DNA of 64,000 nucleotides from Chara braunii (taxonomy: Eukaryota > Plantae > Charophyceae): assembly GCA_003427395.1 (NCBI GenBank), contig BFEA01000015.1, positions 6,509,859-6,573,858 on the forward strand, in the 5' to 3' direction. Below are positions 53,019 through 63,528 of this stretch, in pieces. The notes under the pieces were generated by a model. The model was not told where the DNA came from. It saw only the letters and a list, made by a program, of their open reading frames with translations, and ran no database searches. Position 1 is the first letter of the stretch. Each line of letters starts with the position of its first letter. The translations under genes and the position numbers were made by a program.

Positions 53019-53460
53019 TGACAATGACGACGCTAACTTCTACATGGGTGACCCCAACCCTCTGACAAAAAAAAAAAAAACCCGGCTACACTCGACTTCG
53101 ATGCTGGATGGCTACGATGCTACTCTACGCTATTGGACTTCGAATTTCTACACTTGACGCTACTCCATGCCGCTACACAACGTTGCTACTCTCTCTCTCT
53201 CTCTCCCGCCTTTGACGCTGGCTACACTCGTGTGGCAATGAAACGGAGAGCCCGGATGGGCTGCTGGTTCGAATTAGAAGCGCACAAAAAAAAAAAAAAA
53301 AGGCTACACTCGACTGCAATGCTGGATGGCTACGATGCTACTCTACGCTACTGGACTTCGAATTTCTACACTTGATGATACTCCATGCCAATACACAACT
53401 TTGCTACTCTCTGTGTCCCTCTCCCACCTTCGACGTTGGCTACACTCGCGTGCCAATGAA
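52120..53460. repeat. Degenerate array built on CTACACTCGACTTCG / CTGGACTTCGA motifs with (CT)n and (GA)n
   Basis: About four higher-order units starting near 52130, 52595, 53085 and 53300. Confidence 0.7.
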
Positions 53461-53974
53461 ACGGAGAGCCCAAATTGGCTGCTGATTCGAATTAAAAATG
53501 CAGTAGACCAGCCGGGTGGATCTTCCACCATTCGCATTTTGTGATAGCTTGGTGTGGAATCAAGAGGAGAACCACTCTGAAATAAAAGCACTGAAATGTC
53601 CAAGGGTTGAGGGTAAGGTGTCTAGCCACAGGCATCTTGTGCATGATCTGTAGTGGTACTAAGACCTGAGAAGCCGAGCACACAGATGTGTGTATGTGCT
53701 ACTGTTCAGGGTTTGCCATTGGAGTTTCATATGAACTGTATGGGCACTGTGAGAAATGAACACACACAAATGTCCATGCTGAAGTTACAAAGAGTTGCAG
53801 CCCACCTGCCAAGTCAGCATTATCCATGCAAATTAGTGGGAACTGAATACACGAGGCAATCGCACATGTTATAGGTACAATCAGTTTCCAGTACAACAAT
53901 TGAACGCATGTGTAGGAAAGAGGCCTGCTGGTCAATTCAGAGCAGATACCATACTGCCCAGGCTCTTTTTGCTC

Positions 53975-54072
53975 TTTTTCCTTCTTTTTCTCGATTCTTG
54001 CATGTCATCCTGTGAAGGGGCCATGCTAATCTTCTTTGTGTCATTCCAATTTAACAAATGTGCTGAAGGGCA
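53975..54072 (-). pseudogene. U6: Retrotransposed U6 snRNA pseudogene with A-rich tail and TSD
   Basis: Minus strand reads tgcccttcagcacatttgttaaattggaatgacacaaagaagattagcatggccccttcacaggatgacatgcaagaatcgaga, then an A-rich tail. Flanking direct repeats at 53954-53974 and 54076-54097. Confidence 0.9.
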
Positions 54073-55040
54073 ATCCTGCGCAGGCTCTTATTTGCTCAAT
54101 TTCTTTTTTCTGGCTTACAAAAAAAGAGACATTTGTGACCTTTTTATACGAGGAATATGTATACAAGAGACCTTGGTGGTGTTTGTGTATGCATTTGCAG
54201 ATAGCATTCTCTGCATGACCTCAGTGTATGCGTTTCTCAATATGTTGAGCCTGTCCTCCTCTGCCCAGCATTTTCTGTTTCCCTTGATTGCATGTCTCTC
54301 TTGGAATCCACTTTTTCCCATCCCATGAACGATTGATTTTTTCGTGTGCTTTTCGCCATCCCATGAATGAGTGATTTTTTCGTGTTGGCTCCTTGGCAAT
54401 GGTGCTGCGCACAAGTAAAGACACAAGAGAAAAAACAAATTTTGCTTTCTCTGCTCCCCTTTTTACATACCCTCGTTCCAGCTCACAAATGGGCCAGGAA
54501 TCATAGTAATGGAGAGCGGAATTTACCTTTAATCTCACTGCCTGTTTGTAGGTTGCTCTCTTGTTTCATTGTTGATAGCTCCGTAAGCGTTTGGAGTCTT
54601 TGGACCTCACTCTGCCACTCTCAATTCTGCTTTCCTCGAGAGTGGTGCTCCATTCCACTACGCTAGATTCAACAGTCCTGAAAATGGATAGAGGTATCAG
54701 AAAGACTTGTTTGAGAACTCTCAAATTTTTGTAGAGCCAGCTTCACATTGGGACACAGCTGTCAATTTGTATCTTGTTGCTATGTGATGAGAAGGGGAGC
54801 GAAAAAAGGAATGCAGGGTCAGTCAACAGCGCAGAATCTTGAGTAGGTGAACTGAGGTAGGGAAAATTCAGTTTTAGGAGTGTCTAACAACTCTCCACCG
54901 AGTCTCCTTTAAGGGTGAATCGACTTATTACAATAATCTGTAAACGGACGCTGGACCCGGTTTCCAGGAGCGGGAGCTCCCCACCAATGAAACAGAGCCA
55001 TCCAACAAAGGGGCGGTAGAGGGGGTGTCTGCTCGTATCA

Positions 55041-55080
<40 letters not shown>

Positions 55081-55091
55081 ACCCCCCCCCA

Positions 55092-55173
<82 letters not shown>

Positions 55174-55772
55174 CCCCATCACTGGTGTAAACCAAAACCA
55201 AAAAAAAAAGGTTGAATCGAGGGTAGTGGATCGGAGCCCTATCTCATGCTTGCCCTGCTTCCACACCCTAGGGATGAGCACAGTTTTGACTGAGAGCCGT
55301 GAACTGGTGAACTGAAAGAAAAGTGCCTCCGTGAGTCGCGGCGATCAAAATGCGAGAAGCCTACCTTACTGGATACAGCTGATTAGGTGGAGGGGAAAGA
55401 AAAAGTGATGTGGAATCTGGCCTTCCATACGCAAACGCGTTTACAAAGAAGCCAGGAATCATATCAATCAACGGAGCCTATCCTGTGGGTGCTCTCACTC
55501 AATAGTATTATGTGAACATGCTTTTTCGCTTATACCCCTAAGTTCGTTCACCGTCTTTTTTCTACGGGATTCCTATTCCTCACCCTCTTCCAATCCCCTA
55601 GAATGCACAGCTAGCTAACGGAGAGCCAGACCTGATGCACGTAATTCTTTTCAATCAGCCTTGTGGACATTGTAAATTCAATTCTTCCTCTCTGTTATAT
55701 GCTGGGTAACCAGACCGAAATGGCTGTGGCCACCAGCCAAAAAAGAAAGAAAAACATGGTGCCAGCACTTCG

Positions 55773-55831
55773 GCAAATTTTGGCGTGCAAATTTTGGCGT
55801 GCAAATTTTGGCGTGCAAATTTTGGCGTGCA
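55773..55831. repeat. (GCAAATTTTGGCGT)4 minisatellite
   Basis: Four perfect 14-bp units. Confidence 0.92.
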
Positions 55832-56386
55832 GGGCCTGTCGGTTCGGTGAAACAGCCCCGGGTGTACTGGTGGTTCAAGGAAGTTGTTTGTACCTTCTCC
55901 TACTGAGGTGAGACTAGACGGTAGTCTTTTCTGGTCTAGGGACGATCTGCCATTTAATATGATCCTAGGTTTGTAACTTTGTAACTTTGTACCAACCAGA
56001 ATTCCTGTTGGGCCCAAAAGTGGGTCAAAAAAAAAAGCAAGTTTTTTTTTTGGAAATATGGCTGGACTGGGCTCACCAAGATCTCTCCGAATCTGCAAAG
56101 AAAANNNNNNNNNNNNNNNNNNNNNNNNNNNNNNNNNNNNNNNNNNNNNNNNNNNNNNNNNNNNNNNNNNNNNGGGGTTGGGGGTTTTATGGTGAGGGTG
56201 TTAGTGGTGGGGTTTCAGCAAGCACGGGCTTCAGCAGAAATTGACAACAACGTACCTGGCTTTCTGCGAACGTTAAACTTCCGCCCAAAACTTTGAAAAG
56301 GGGGCTGGGGGTGTTAGTGACAGGGTAGGGACGATACTTCCCACCCAAAAACTTTGAAAAGGGGGGTGGGGGTTATAATGTTAGGG

Positions 56387-56747
56387 GGTGCTTGTCACTG
56401 CTGTCTGGTCCAAGTTGCCCTCGATACTGGTAGGGTGATGGTCCTGAGTGCTGGTCACACTGAGGTAGGATAGTAGGGATAGGGGTGTGCTGGGAGCATT
56501 AATGTGGGGAAGGGTAGGGAAGGGGGCCTATTCTGTCAGGACAACCACTGGATGCCGCTGCCAGTGATCACGGTGTGTCTAGTCCTTGGCCTCTACAACA
56601 CGCTGGGCTTAAATTAAAAAAAAAAAAAAAAAAAAAGTGATGCGCTACAGCCAACCGGGGGGGAACCGGCCCGGTCGATGGGGCAGTAGGATTCGTCCGG
56701 TTCCGGTGGGGGGAGGGCCCCTCGGTCCTACCGGGTTTGCAGCACAG
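56387..56747. repeat. Right arm of a long inverted repeat (partner 39541-39665 + 43115-43380)
   Basis: The reverse complement aligns by eye to both left segments in colinear order; includes an A run at 56616-56636. Confidence 0.82.
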
Positions 56748-57599
56748 TGCTAAACCTCAATTTGAGTGGGACTTGAAACCCTGCTTTATTACATCCTGGG
56801 CAGTAGAACTGTGTGTCAACAAGTGCATACCGAAGGGTGTGGAGTCATCGTGCGGTGTATGTGGGCAACTGATTTCAAGACGCACTACGGATAGCATCTG
56901 GAAGAAGGTGGGTACCTTGTATTTGTCTCCAAATGGTCAGGTTTTGAATCTCTGAGGAGGCACAAGATCCCATCGGTGAGTATTCAGACTTGTTCGAAGA
57001 ACCGACCATAGTTGTAGACAGGGAGAGAGTACAGACCATCGAAATTGTCCCAGGGAGTTAAGTGCCTAGAAATTGTCGTAGGGAGTAAAAAAGTACGAAA
57101 GGCAGGATCTATAGGATGTCATCCGCAGAGCTAGATGAGCTCAGGATGTAACTCCACGACTTAAACCATCAGTACGTGGCGCCAGCCAACCTAGACCTAC
57201 GACGGACTCCAAAGGCGAGAACCCAAGAATCAACTTTATCTCGATGGAAACAGGGGGAAAAGTGGACCTAGACCTATGACAAGGCAAAAGGAAAAGGCCG
57301 AATGGCATAAGACTACCAAACAGAGACTACTAGTGACAGACTCAGGCGTCAAGTCCCATAGTGCGCAACACTCGCAAACAAAGCACACGAGTTACAGGTC
57401 ACAGGATCAAGTCACTCAAGCTCAAAACAAAGAAACAACACAAACAGGGAAGAATGACAAACACAGCAAGCCAAGGTTTCGGGATTAAGTCCCGACAATG
57501 ACAAGATGGGTAAAATTAGTATACAGGCCGCTTGCAGCACTGCATTTCATTTCTTGGGATGTCCGTAGATCCCAAACAGGAATTAGTGCCCGGAACTAT

Positions 57600-58210
57600 T
57601 GAGTATGCGCTTGGCAATGAGCAAATGATGGAACAGAGATTTGAACAGCTATAGAAAGCTCAATGGGCAATGATGGACTCAGAAAATAGGCAGGGAAGAG
57701 TAGCAGCGTTTCGAGTAGGTGACAGATGCTCGGTTAGATGATCAGATTTCAAGCCAGAGCAGGACGTACCATCAACGCTGATCTCGGAGTACTTCAGTCC
57801 CCTGACTGTCTTAGGCATTGTGGGCAACGTTCCTGATGGTCCATCTAATGTGATAGGTGTGCCGCCACATCTCCACACTTCCCTTGCTTTCCAGACATCC
57901 AATCTCTCGCCTTCGTCACACAGTCTGTTTCTTTCCTGAAGCTCACTGCTGGGGGGCTCACTGGTGCCCCCAGTCATGACAAGATGGCAGGTCGAGATTG
58001 ACGTCATTGTGGAGAATCAAGAATGCCTGTGCAGGAGCGACCTGGCAGAGGAAGACCACCAAAACCGCAGATGCAGTTCTTAGTGGCCTTCAAGGGTCAA
58101 GTAGATCCCAAGGAGTATCGGCGGCTGGTTCACAATGGAAAAATCTATGAACAATACACCTAAAGTGGTTCTATATTATGATAGGGCTCTGAAGAAAAGG
58201 GAAGCAAAGG
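57600..58210 (+). mobile_element. Second Ty3/Gypsy remnant: integrase C-terminus and chromodomain
   Basis: FRVGD..VR*SDFKPEQDVPSTLISEYFSPLTVLGIVG..PDGPSNVIGVPPHL is homologous to 49828-50000. It continues EIDVIVEN...RPGRGRPPKPQMQFLVAFKG...WFT...PKVVLYY across frameshifts. Confidence 0.78.
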
Positions 58211-59462
58211 CAGGATTAAGGGTTCTGCAGAGGGCATTGAACCTAACGGGGTGGGAATGCCAGTCCCCGGCCTCGAAAGGCCTCCTGTCCTTTTTTCCAA
58301 ATGGTGACGGCCTTCGCAAGGCTGCAGGAGGGTGGCCAGCCACTTTCCCCTGTGGTAACCCCCCCAGCGAGAATGTGCAGGGGGCAACTGGGGGCCTGCT
58401 GAGCCGGTTCACGGGCAGGATCGACTGTGAGGCTCCTGGGGTGGAGGGGGGCTCCCTGGGTGAACCAGGGCCCGAAGCTGGCCTGCAGTTTCTAATGTAC
58501 GCTGCTATTGGTAGGCCCACATCCTTCTGGTTCAGCACTCCGCGCTTGGACAAAACATGTCAGTTAGTTTGTTTTGCTTTGGGGTTGCTTTGGAGTCAAA
58601 TGAGGTCTTGTCGTGATATCCAGGATGCATCTTAGGGGATGAGCATCCATTTCCAAGGACGTTGATTGTTCCTTTGGGGTAAATGGCTTAGCGACAATTG
58701 CATGTGTCATACTTGCAAGTGCGTACTGTGTGCTCATTGCAGCACGCCACCAAAAATGTACGCAATGCAAGTGCATACCGTGCACGCACTGGAGGACACA
58801 CCACTTCGTGTGCCCTGAACTGGAATATTTAGAGTTGTATTCAATGTCTTGACTGTTTCAAACAGGCTAGCCAGTTTTTTGCTTTGAGCAATATTTCTCA
58901 ATTTTCCTTGTAACATGACAGGTCCAAAACCCACATCATTACTGGCCCTGCCGTCTGAACCTGCCGAAGTTGGCCATGCTCAGGAATAGTAATGTGTTGA
59001 CAAGACTCATGTTTTGACTTTGCGCTGACGTTAAGGTACTGTCGAGCTCTGCTTGGCGTACTTCAAGGTTGTCCTGGATCTGAGGTGGTTTTACCCTCTC
59101 TTTTTCCGTCCAGGATTCGAACTTGTGATTGGTTTGATGAGCCACATAAGCTGGGTATCATGGTGTTGAGGTGTATGCTATGCTGTTGTGCAAGTTTCAA
59201 ATGGGAGCCCTGAAATCAGAGGTGGGGCCCACCATTGGCGCATGCGAAAAGTCCAAGCATAAGTTTGTTAGACGTGTGATGTTAAGGAGAAGTGTTGTTT
59301 CAGGTTCTTGTTTTGATCGTCTCTTATTTTATTTTAAGTTTTAATCACAATACTTCTGAAGGATGTCTTTCCTTTTGACAATACGGGGCACAATACATAA
59401 GAAAAAAACTAACGCTGCTCATTGCCTTTGTTGAAATACTGGAGATGTTGGCTGGGATGCAG

Positions 59463-59591
59463 GGAGGGCGCAAGGATGGCAAGCCTGGTGATGTTGCCGA
59501 AGAAGAAGTTCATGTTCACATATCAGCTGACTCTATGGAGAAGGTGGATGCAGCCATAGCTCTTGTGGAGCCGCTTCTTTCACCATGTGAT
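59463..59591 (+). CDS. SF1/BBP-like protein, exon 7 (C-terminal part of KH domain)
   Basis: atgcag|GGA...GAT|gtaagt, 129 nt. Encodes GGRKDGKPGDVAEEEVHVHISADSMEKVDAAIALVEPLLSPCD, continuing exon 6 as in SF1 (GKGSVKEGK-VGRKDG). An alternative in-frame acceptor starts at 59445. Confidence 0.9.
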
Positions 59592-60591
59592 GTAAGTTTC
59601 ATTCTCTTGCACGGGTGAGAGTAACGTCGTTAAGTATGTTGCACGTCTGTCTGCTTGATGGTTTTGTGGCTGTGTGTGGATTGTTCCAAAGCATTCTCTC
59701 TGAGCACTGTAGTGACAATTTGAAGGTTATCTGGTGACGGATTAGGTGGCGGCCATGGTGGTGTTGCTGGCTTCCACATGTGGGGTCGTACAACAGTCTA
59801 CGTGTATGTTTTGTATGCTTTCCGCCCATGGCACATCCCAGTTCTGGAGGTAACTTGATGGGGCGTGTGGCAGGAGTTTGTCTTGCTGTGCTCGTTATTG
59901 GATTAGATCAACTTGTGGCATTGTATTTTTCGCTTCCTGTGTGTCAAAGAGACTATCAAGATCGCATCATGAATTCTCTTACATATCAAGGTAGAATGAA
60001 GCCTGTGTGATAACGCCTATGTGTAGGGAGGGAGGGCTGTTGGGCAGTGGCGGTACGATGTGGGAACAGCAGCCCCAGAGTTTGTTTATAAGGTGTACCA
60101 ATCCCTCGGAAATAAACGGCATTGTCAATGATGTATTAAGTATTTAATGCGAAGAATTGCAGTTGATGCAGTCATATCGACACGTTTTCCACACTCAGGC
60201 ATGACAGTATATGCTCATTCAAGGACTTTCATGGATGTATCCGATTGCGATTACGCCCACACCTAGATGCACCTGACCGCAAGTACGTCCACAGAACTGG
60301 GAAAAGTCCTGTTGTGAGTATGCCGTAAATCAAAGTTCCCTTTATTAGGGATTGTCATGAAATGGATTACAATGTTTAGAAGCTAGAGCTCAAATTGCCA
60401 CTTGAGGGACAGCGGAAGGTGAAGACAAGGACAAAGGCAGATATGCAACCATTTCTATGTAAATTTTCATATGGGATGCTGGGCCCGGTTCCCAGCACGT
60501 GCTGCTCCCCACGAATAGATTGGAGCCTTGTCCCGAAAAAAAAAAGGAAAGCATATGCAACCACTTACAGATCAACAAATAGATTTCTTAA

Positions 60592-60789
60592 ACCAGTAGT
60601 ACCTCCATCAGTTATTGGGAAAATATGGAAAAGTGGCAGTTTCCCGACCTAAAAATTTGAAGGCTGGGCCTGACGATGGCTGCCATTGATAAATCTGATT
60701 GGCGGCCGTCGTTTCGTTTCGGCCCTCCGAAAAGGTCGGAGCCCAACTCGAGGCCCACTATTTTCCCACGCGGCAAATGTACTAGTGGT
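60592..60789. mobile_element. TTAA-family MITE
   Basis: TTAA|ACCAGTAGTACC...GTACTAGTGGT|TAA; inverted homologue of 23140-23426. Confidence 0.8.
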
Positions 60790-61622
60790 TAACCAAAAAA
60801 AAAAAAAAAAGACAAATAGACCTCTGGGGCTGGATATCAAGAAATGATGACACCCTTAGAGTAAGTCTTGCTTAGGAGCCAGAACTGCACGGTTCTGAGT
60901 TTTGAAAAAAAAAGAAAAGAACAGTCTTGCTTGCCGTTGGTGCGATTGATTACATGTTAAACTGTGGTGATGTCAGCACTCAGGTGCATATAAAGAAAAG
61001 CTAGAGACACTAGCGGCGCATTCACACTTACGACTTCGTGAATGTATCCGGCTGCAATTACAGCCGGGCCTGGATGAATGTGACTGTGATCACGCCCAGA
61101 ACTTGCTCGAGTATGCCCTAAGACTCTGCAAAGAGTACAAAACTGAAGTACCGTGGAGGGATGACAACACCATATGTTGTTATTGGCACTTTTTGCAACT
61201 ATGTCCAGTATATCTTGGCCTCATGTGGCTTTTCAAGTTCTTATCCAACATGCTTTTTTTTTTGTTTGCTTAATTTAGTCTGTGTCTCCATCTGTGATGT
61301 CACCCTAGCGCAGGGCCATGTTAATGGTCAGGTGCTCTTCTTGACCACAGTAGCTGAGTTCCAATTTCAATGGATGTGACGAAGGACTTCCGTCCATCAT
61401 TCTTCTTGTCTGCTTTTCATAAGCACACTGTACTTCTACTGTAACAGCTACTGTGAAGACTGGTACTGCAGGTAACAAACCGCTTGATGTAGTTCATAAG
61501 CATAGTAGTCTCCATTTCCTGAGGTTTTTATTATGGCCTTCTTCCCAATGAATGCAATGGTCAGGTGCTCTGACCAAGTTCTAAGCATTCGGTCTCATCG
61601 TGGTGGTGTGAATGGCTTGCAG

Positions 61623-61680
61623 GAAGACAAGAGCAGTCATAAGAGGAAGCTTCTTCTAAGAGGGATAACAGATGCCAATG
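61623..61680 (+). CDS. SF1/BBP-like protein, exon 8 (QUA2 helix)
   Basis: ttgcag|GAA...AAT G|gtttgt, 58 nt. Encodes EDKSSHKRKLLLRGITDAN plus 1 nt, resembling QUA2 (N.HKR.QLRELA.LNG). Confidence 0.75.
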
Positions 61681-61975
61681 GTTTGTATCTCAAAATCTAA
61701 CAAGTTGAACCTGGGCTCTCTGTTTTGCAGTCATGCATCTCCAATCTGCTTATCTAATGGCTTATCGATAATTCCTCAACCATGCCTGCCCTTCTTTTAA
61801 CCTTTCCGTGTCCTAAATTGCGCATTGTGTCCTGCCAAGCTGCCCTGGAGACCACAACTATGTTTCTTCATTTTGTTGCTTGCTGAAGTGGAACGGGGCG
61901 AGTGCACCTTTTTATTATTGCTATATCAGAAGGATAGACACAGAATGAGATCGGGACAAGTCTGCCGCTGCTTAA

Positions 61976-62202
61976 ACCACCAATACTTGGCCCAGCTATC
62001 GGGCGTGGAAAACAATAGAGTAGAAACATTTCTAGTCGGATGAATTCGGGCGCTCCTGTAGTGGGGATATGTTGCTTAAAATTGTGGCTTGTTAGAGTAG
62101 AAACATTTCTAGTCGGATGAATGTGGGCGCTCCTGTAGTGGCCCGTATGTTTCCTAAAATTGTGGCTTGTTAACGGGCACAATTTTAGGAAGTACGGGTG
62201 GT
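61976..62202. mobile_element. TTAA-family MITE
   Basis: TTAA|ACCACCAATAC...GTACGGGTGGT|TTAA; body homologous to about 31695-31846. Confidence 0.82.
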
Positions 62203-62439
62203 TTAAGCTCTCCAATCTGAGTAACCTTTGGTTGTCGTATGCCCACTTGCTAGCTCCCGAACACAGGACAGGGAATCTTTTGGGCTTAGGGATCCGAGAA
62301 AGTACATGTTACTGCCCAAAGGGCTCCCAGCTGTTGCGTCTCGTTAGGAAATCTGTTGTAATAACTTCTGCGATCAGATGTGGCACTGGCAGGCAAGCGG
62401 CAAGTAACCCCTCTGACATGGTGTTTTACTCTCTCTCAG

Positions 62440-62494
62440 AACCGACTTTGAGCGAAACAAATAGGTCTCTGCCCTCTGAACCAGGAAAATATGG
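62440..62494 (+). CDS. Tentative exon 9 of the SF1-like gene
   Basis: ttttactctctctcag|AA CCG...TAT GG|gtaggt. Phase-compatible with exon 8; no homology support. Confidence 0.3.
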
Positions 62495-63402
62495 GTAGGT
62501 CGGCTGTGAATGTGGTCTTCATTCTTTGCCGGAACGCAGTCCGCGACGACTGAAGTGCGCACCAAATATTTACCAGCGGCAAAGGATTTAGTTTTCACTA
62601 TCCCAGTCTTGCTTGATATGCATTACATATTGTGGCATGCGATCCTGCTTGAAGATGCTTGCTGTGCGGAGGTCAGTCTGAGGTATTAGAAAAAAAAATG
62701 TTGCTTGTTTATATCTGTGTAGACAACTTTAAAGCTTAAACCACCAGTACACCCGGACCCGGAGGTGCTGCACTGCCCGCCAAGCTTTCCCAAACCACCA
62801 CCGACGCAATTTTTTCTTTTTTTGGCTGGCGCCGCATGCCGTTGTGGTCCAGTTGCCCCGAGCCCAAAAAAGTCCCGATGCAGGAACCCGAACGGGCCCA
62901 CCGAAAGAGGCGTGTGCTCAAGGTCCTCGACTGCCATGACGGGCACCCGTGGGGGGTTTCAATCGCTCCCCACTGCAATGCCGGTCACAGTAGCCCATGC
63001 GGGCAGGCACCGCACGTCCAACAAGGGGGGCGACAACGCAGTCGCCGTCCGCCCCTTCCCAGACGGGGATGCACGACTTCCCTCCATCCGCTTCTCGCTC
63101 GGCAATTTCAAGCACTCTTTAACTCTCTTTTCACAATTTTCCGCAAGGCTGGGCCAGTGTGGTGGTCGTCTAAGGAAGCAGAGGACTGACTGCCTCAATT
63201 GTGGTTTGTGGCACTTTCATTAAACCTAGTAATGGAATGAACAAGCCTTGGAACACATTGTGCCGCCTAGTTCCAAGTAGAGTTGGGTGTAGAAGAATTT
63301 AGTTAGTCGGCAATGGGATCATTTGTCAATTGCGCTGGGTGCTACACATCGCTTATGGTGCATGGGATCTCCTACACATCCCATCTTTGCACGTGTGGTC
63401 AC

Positions 63403-63486
63403 CAATTGGTCTGGAACTCTATATGAAGTGTAGAGTTGTTTGACAATTGGTCTGGAACTCTATATGAAGTGTAGAGTTGTTTGACA
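63403..63486. repeat. Tandem duplication, 41 bp x2
   Basis: caattggtctggaactctatatgaagtgtagagttgtttga occurs twice. Confidence 0.92.
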
Positions 63487-63528
63487 GAGTACAGACACTG
63501 AGTGCTTCTGTTTAATATACTTCTGCAG

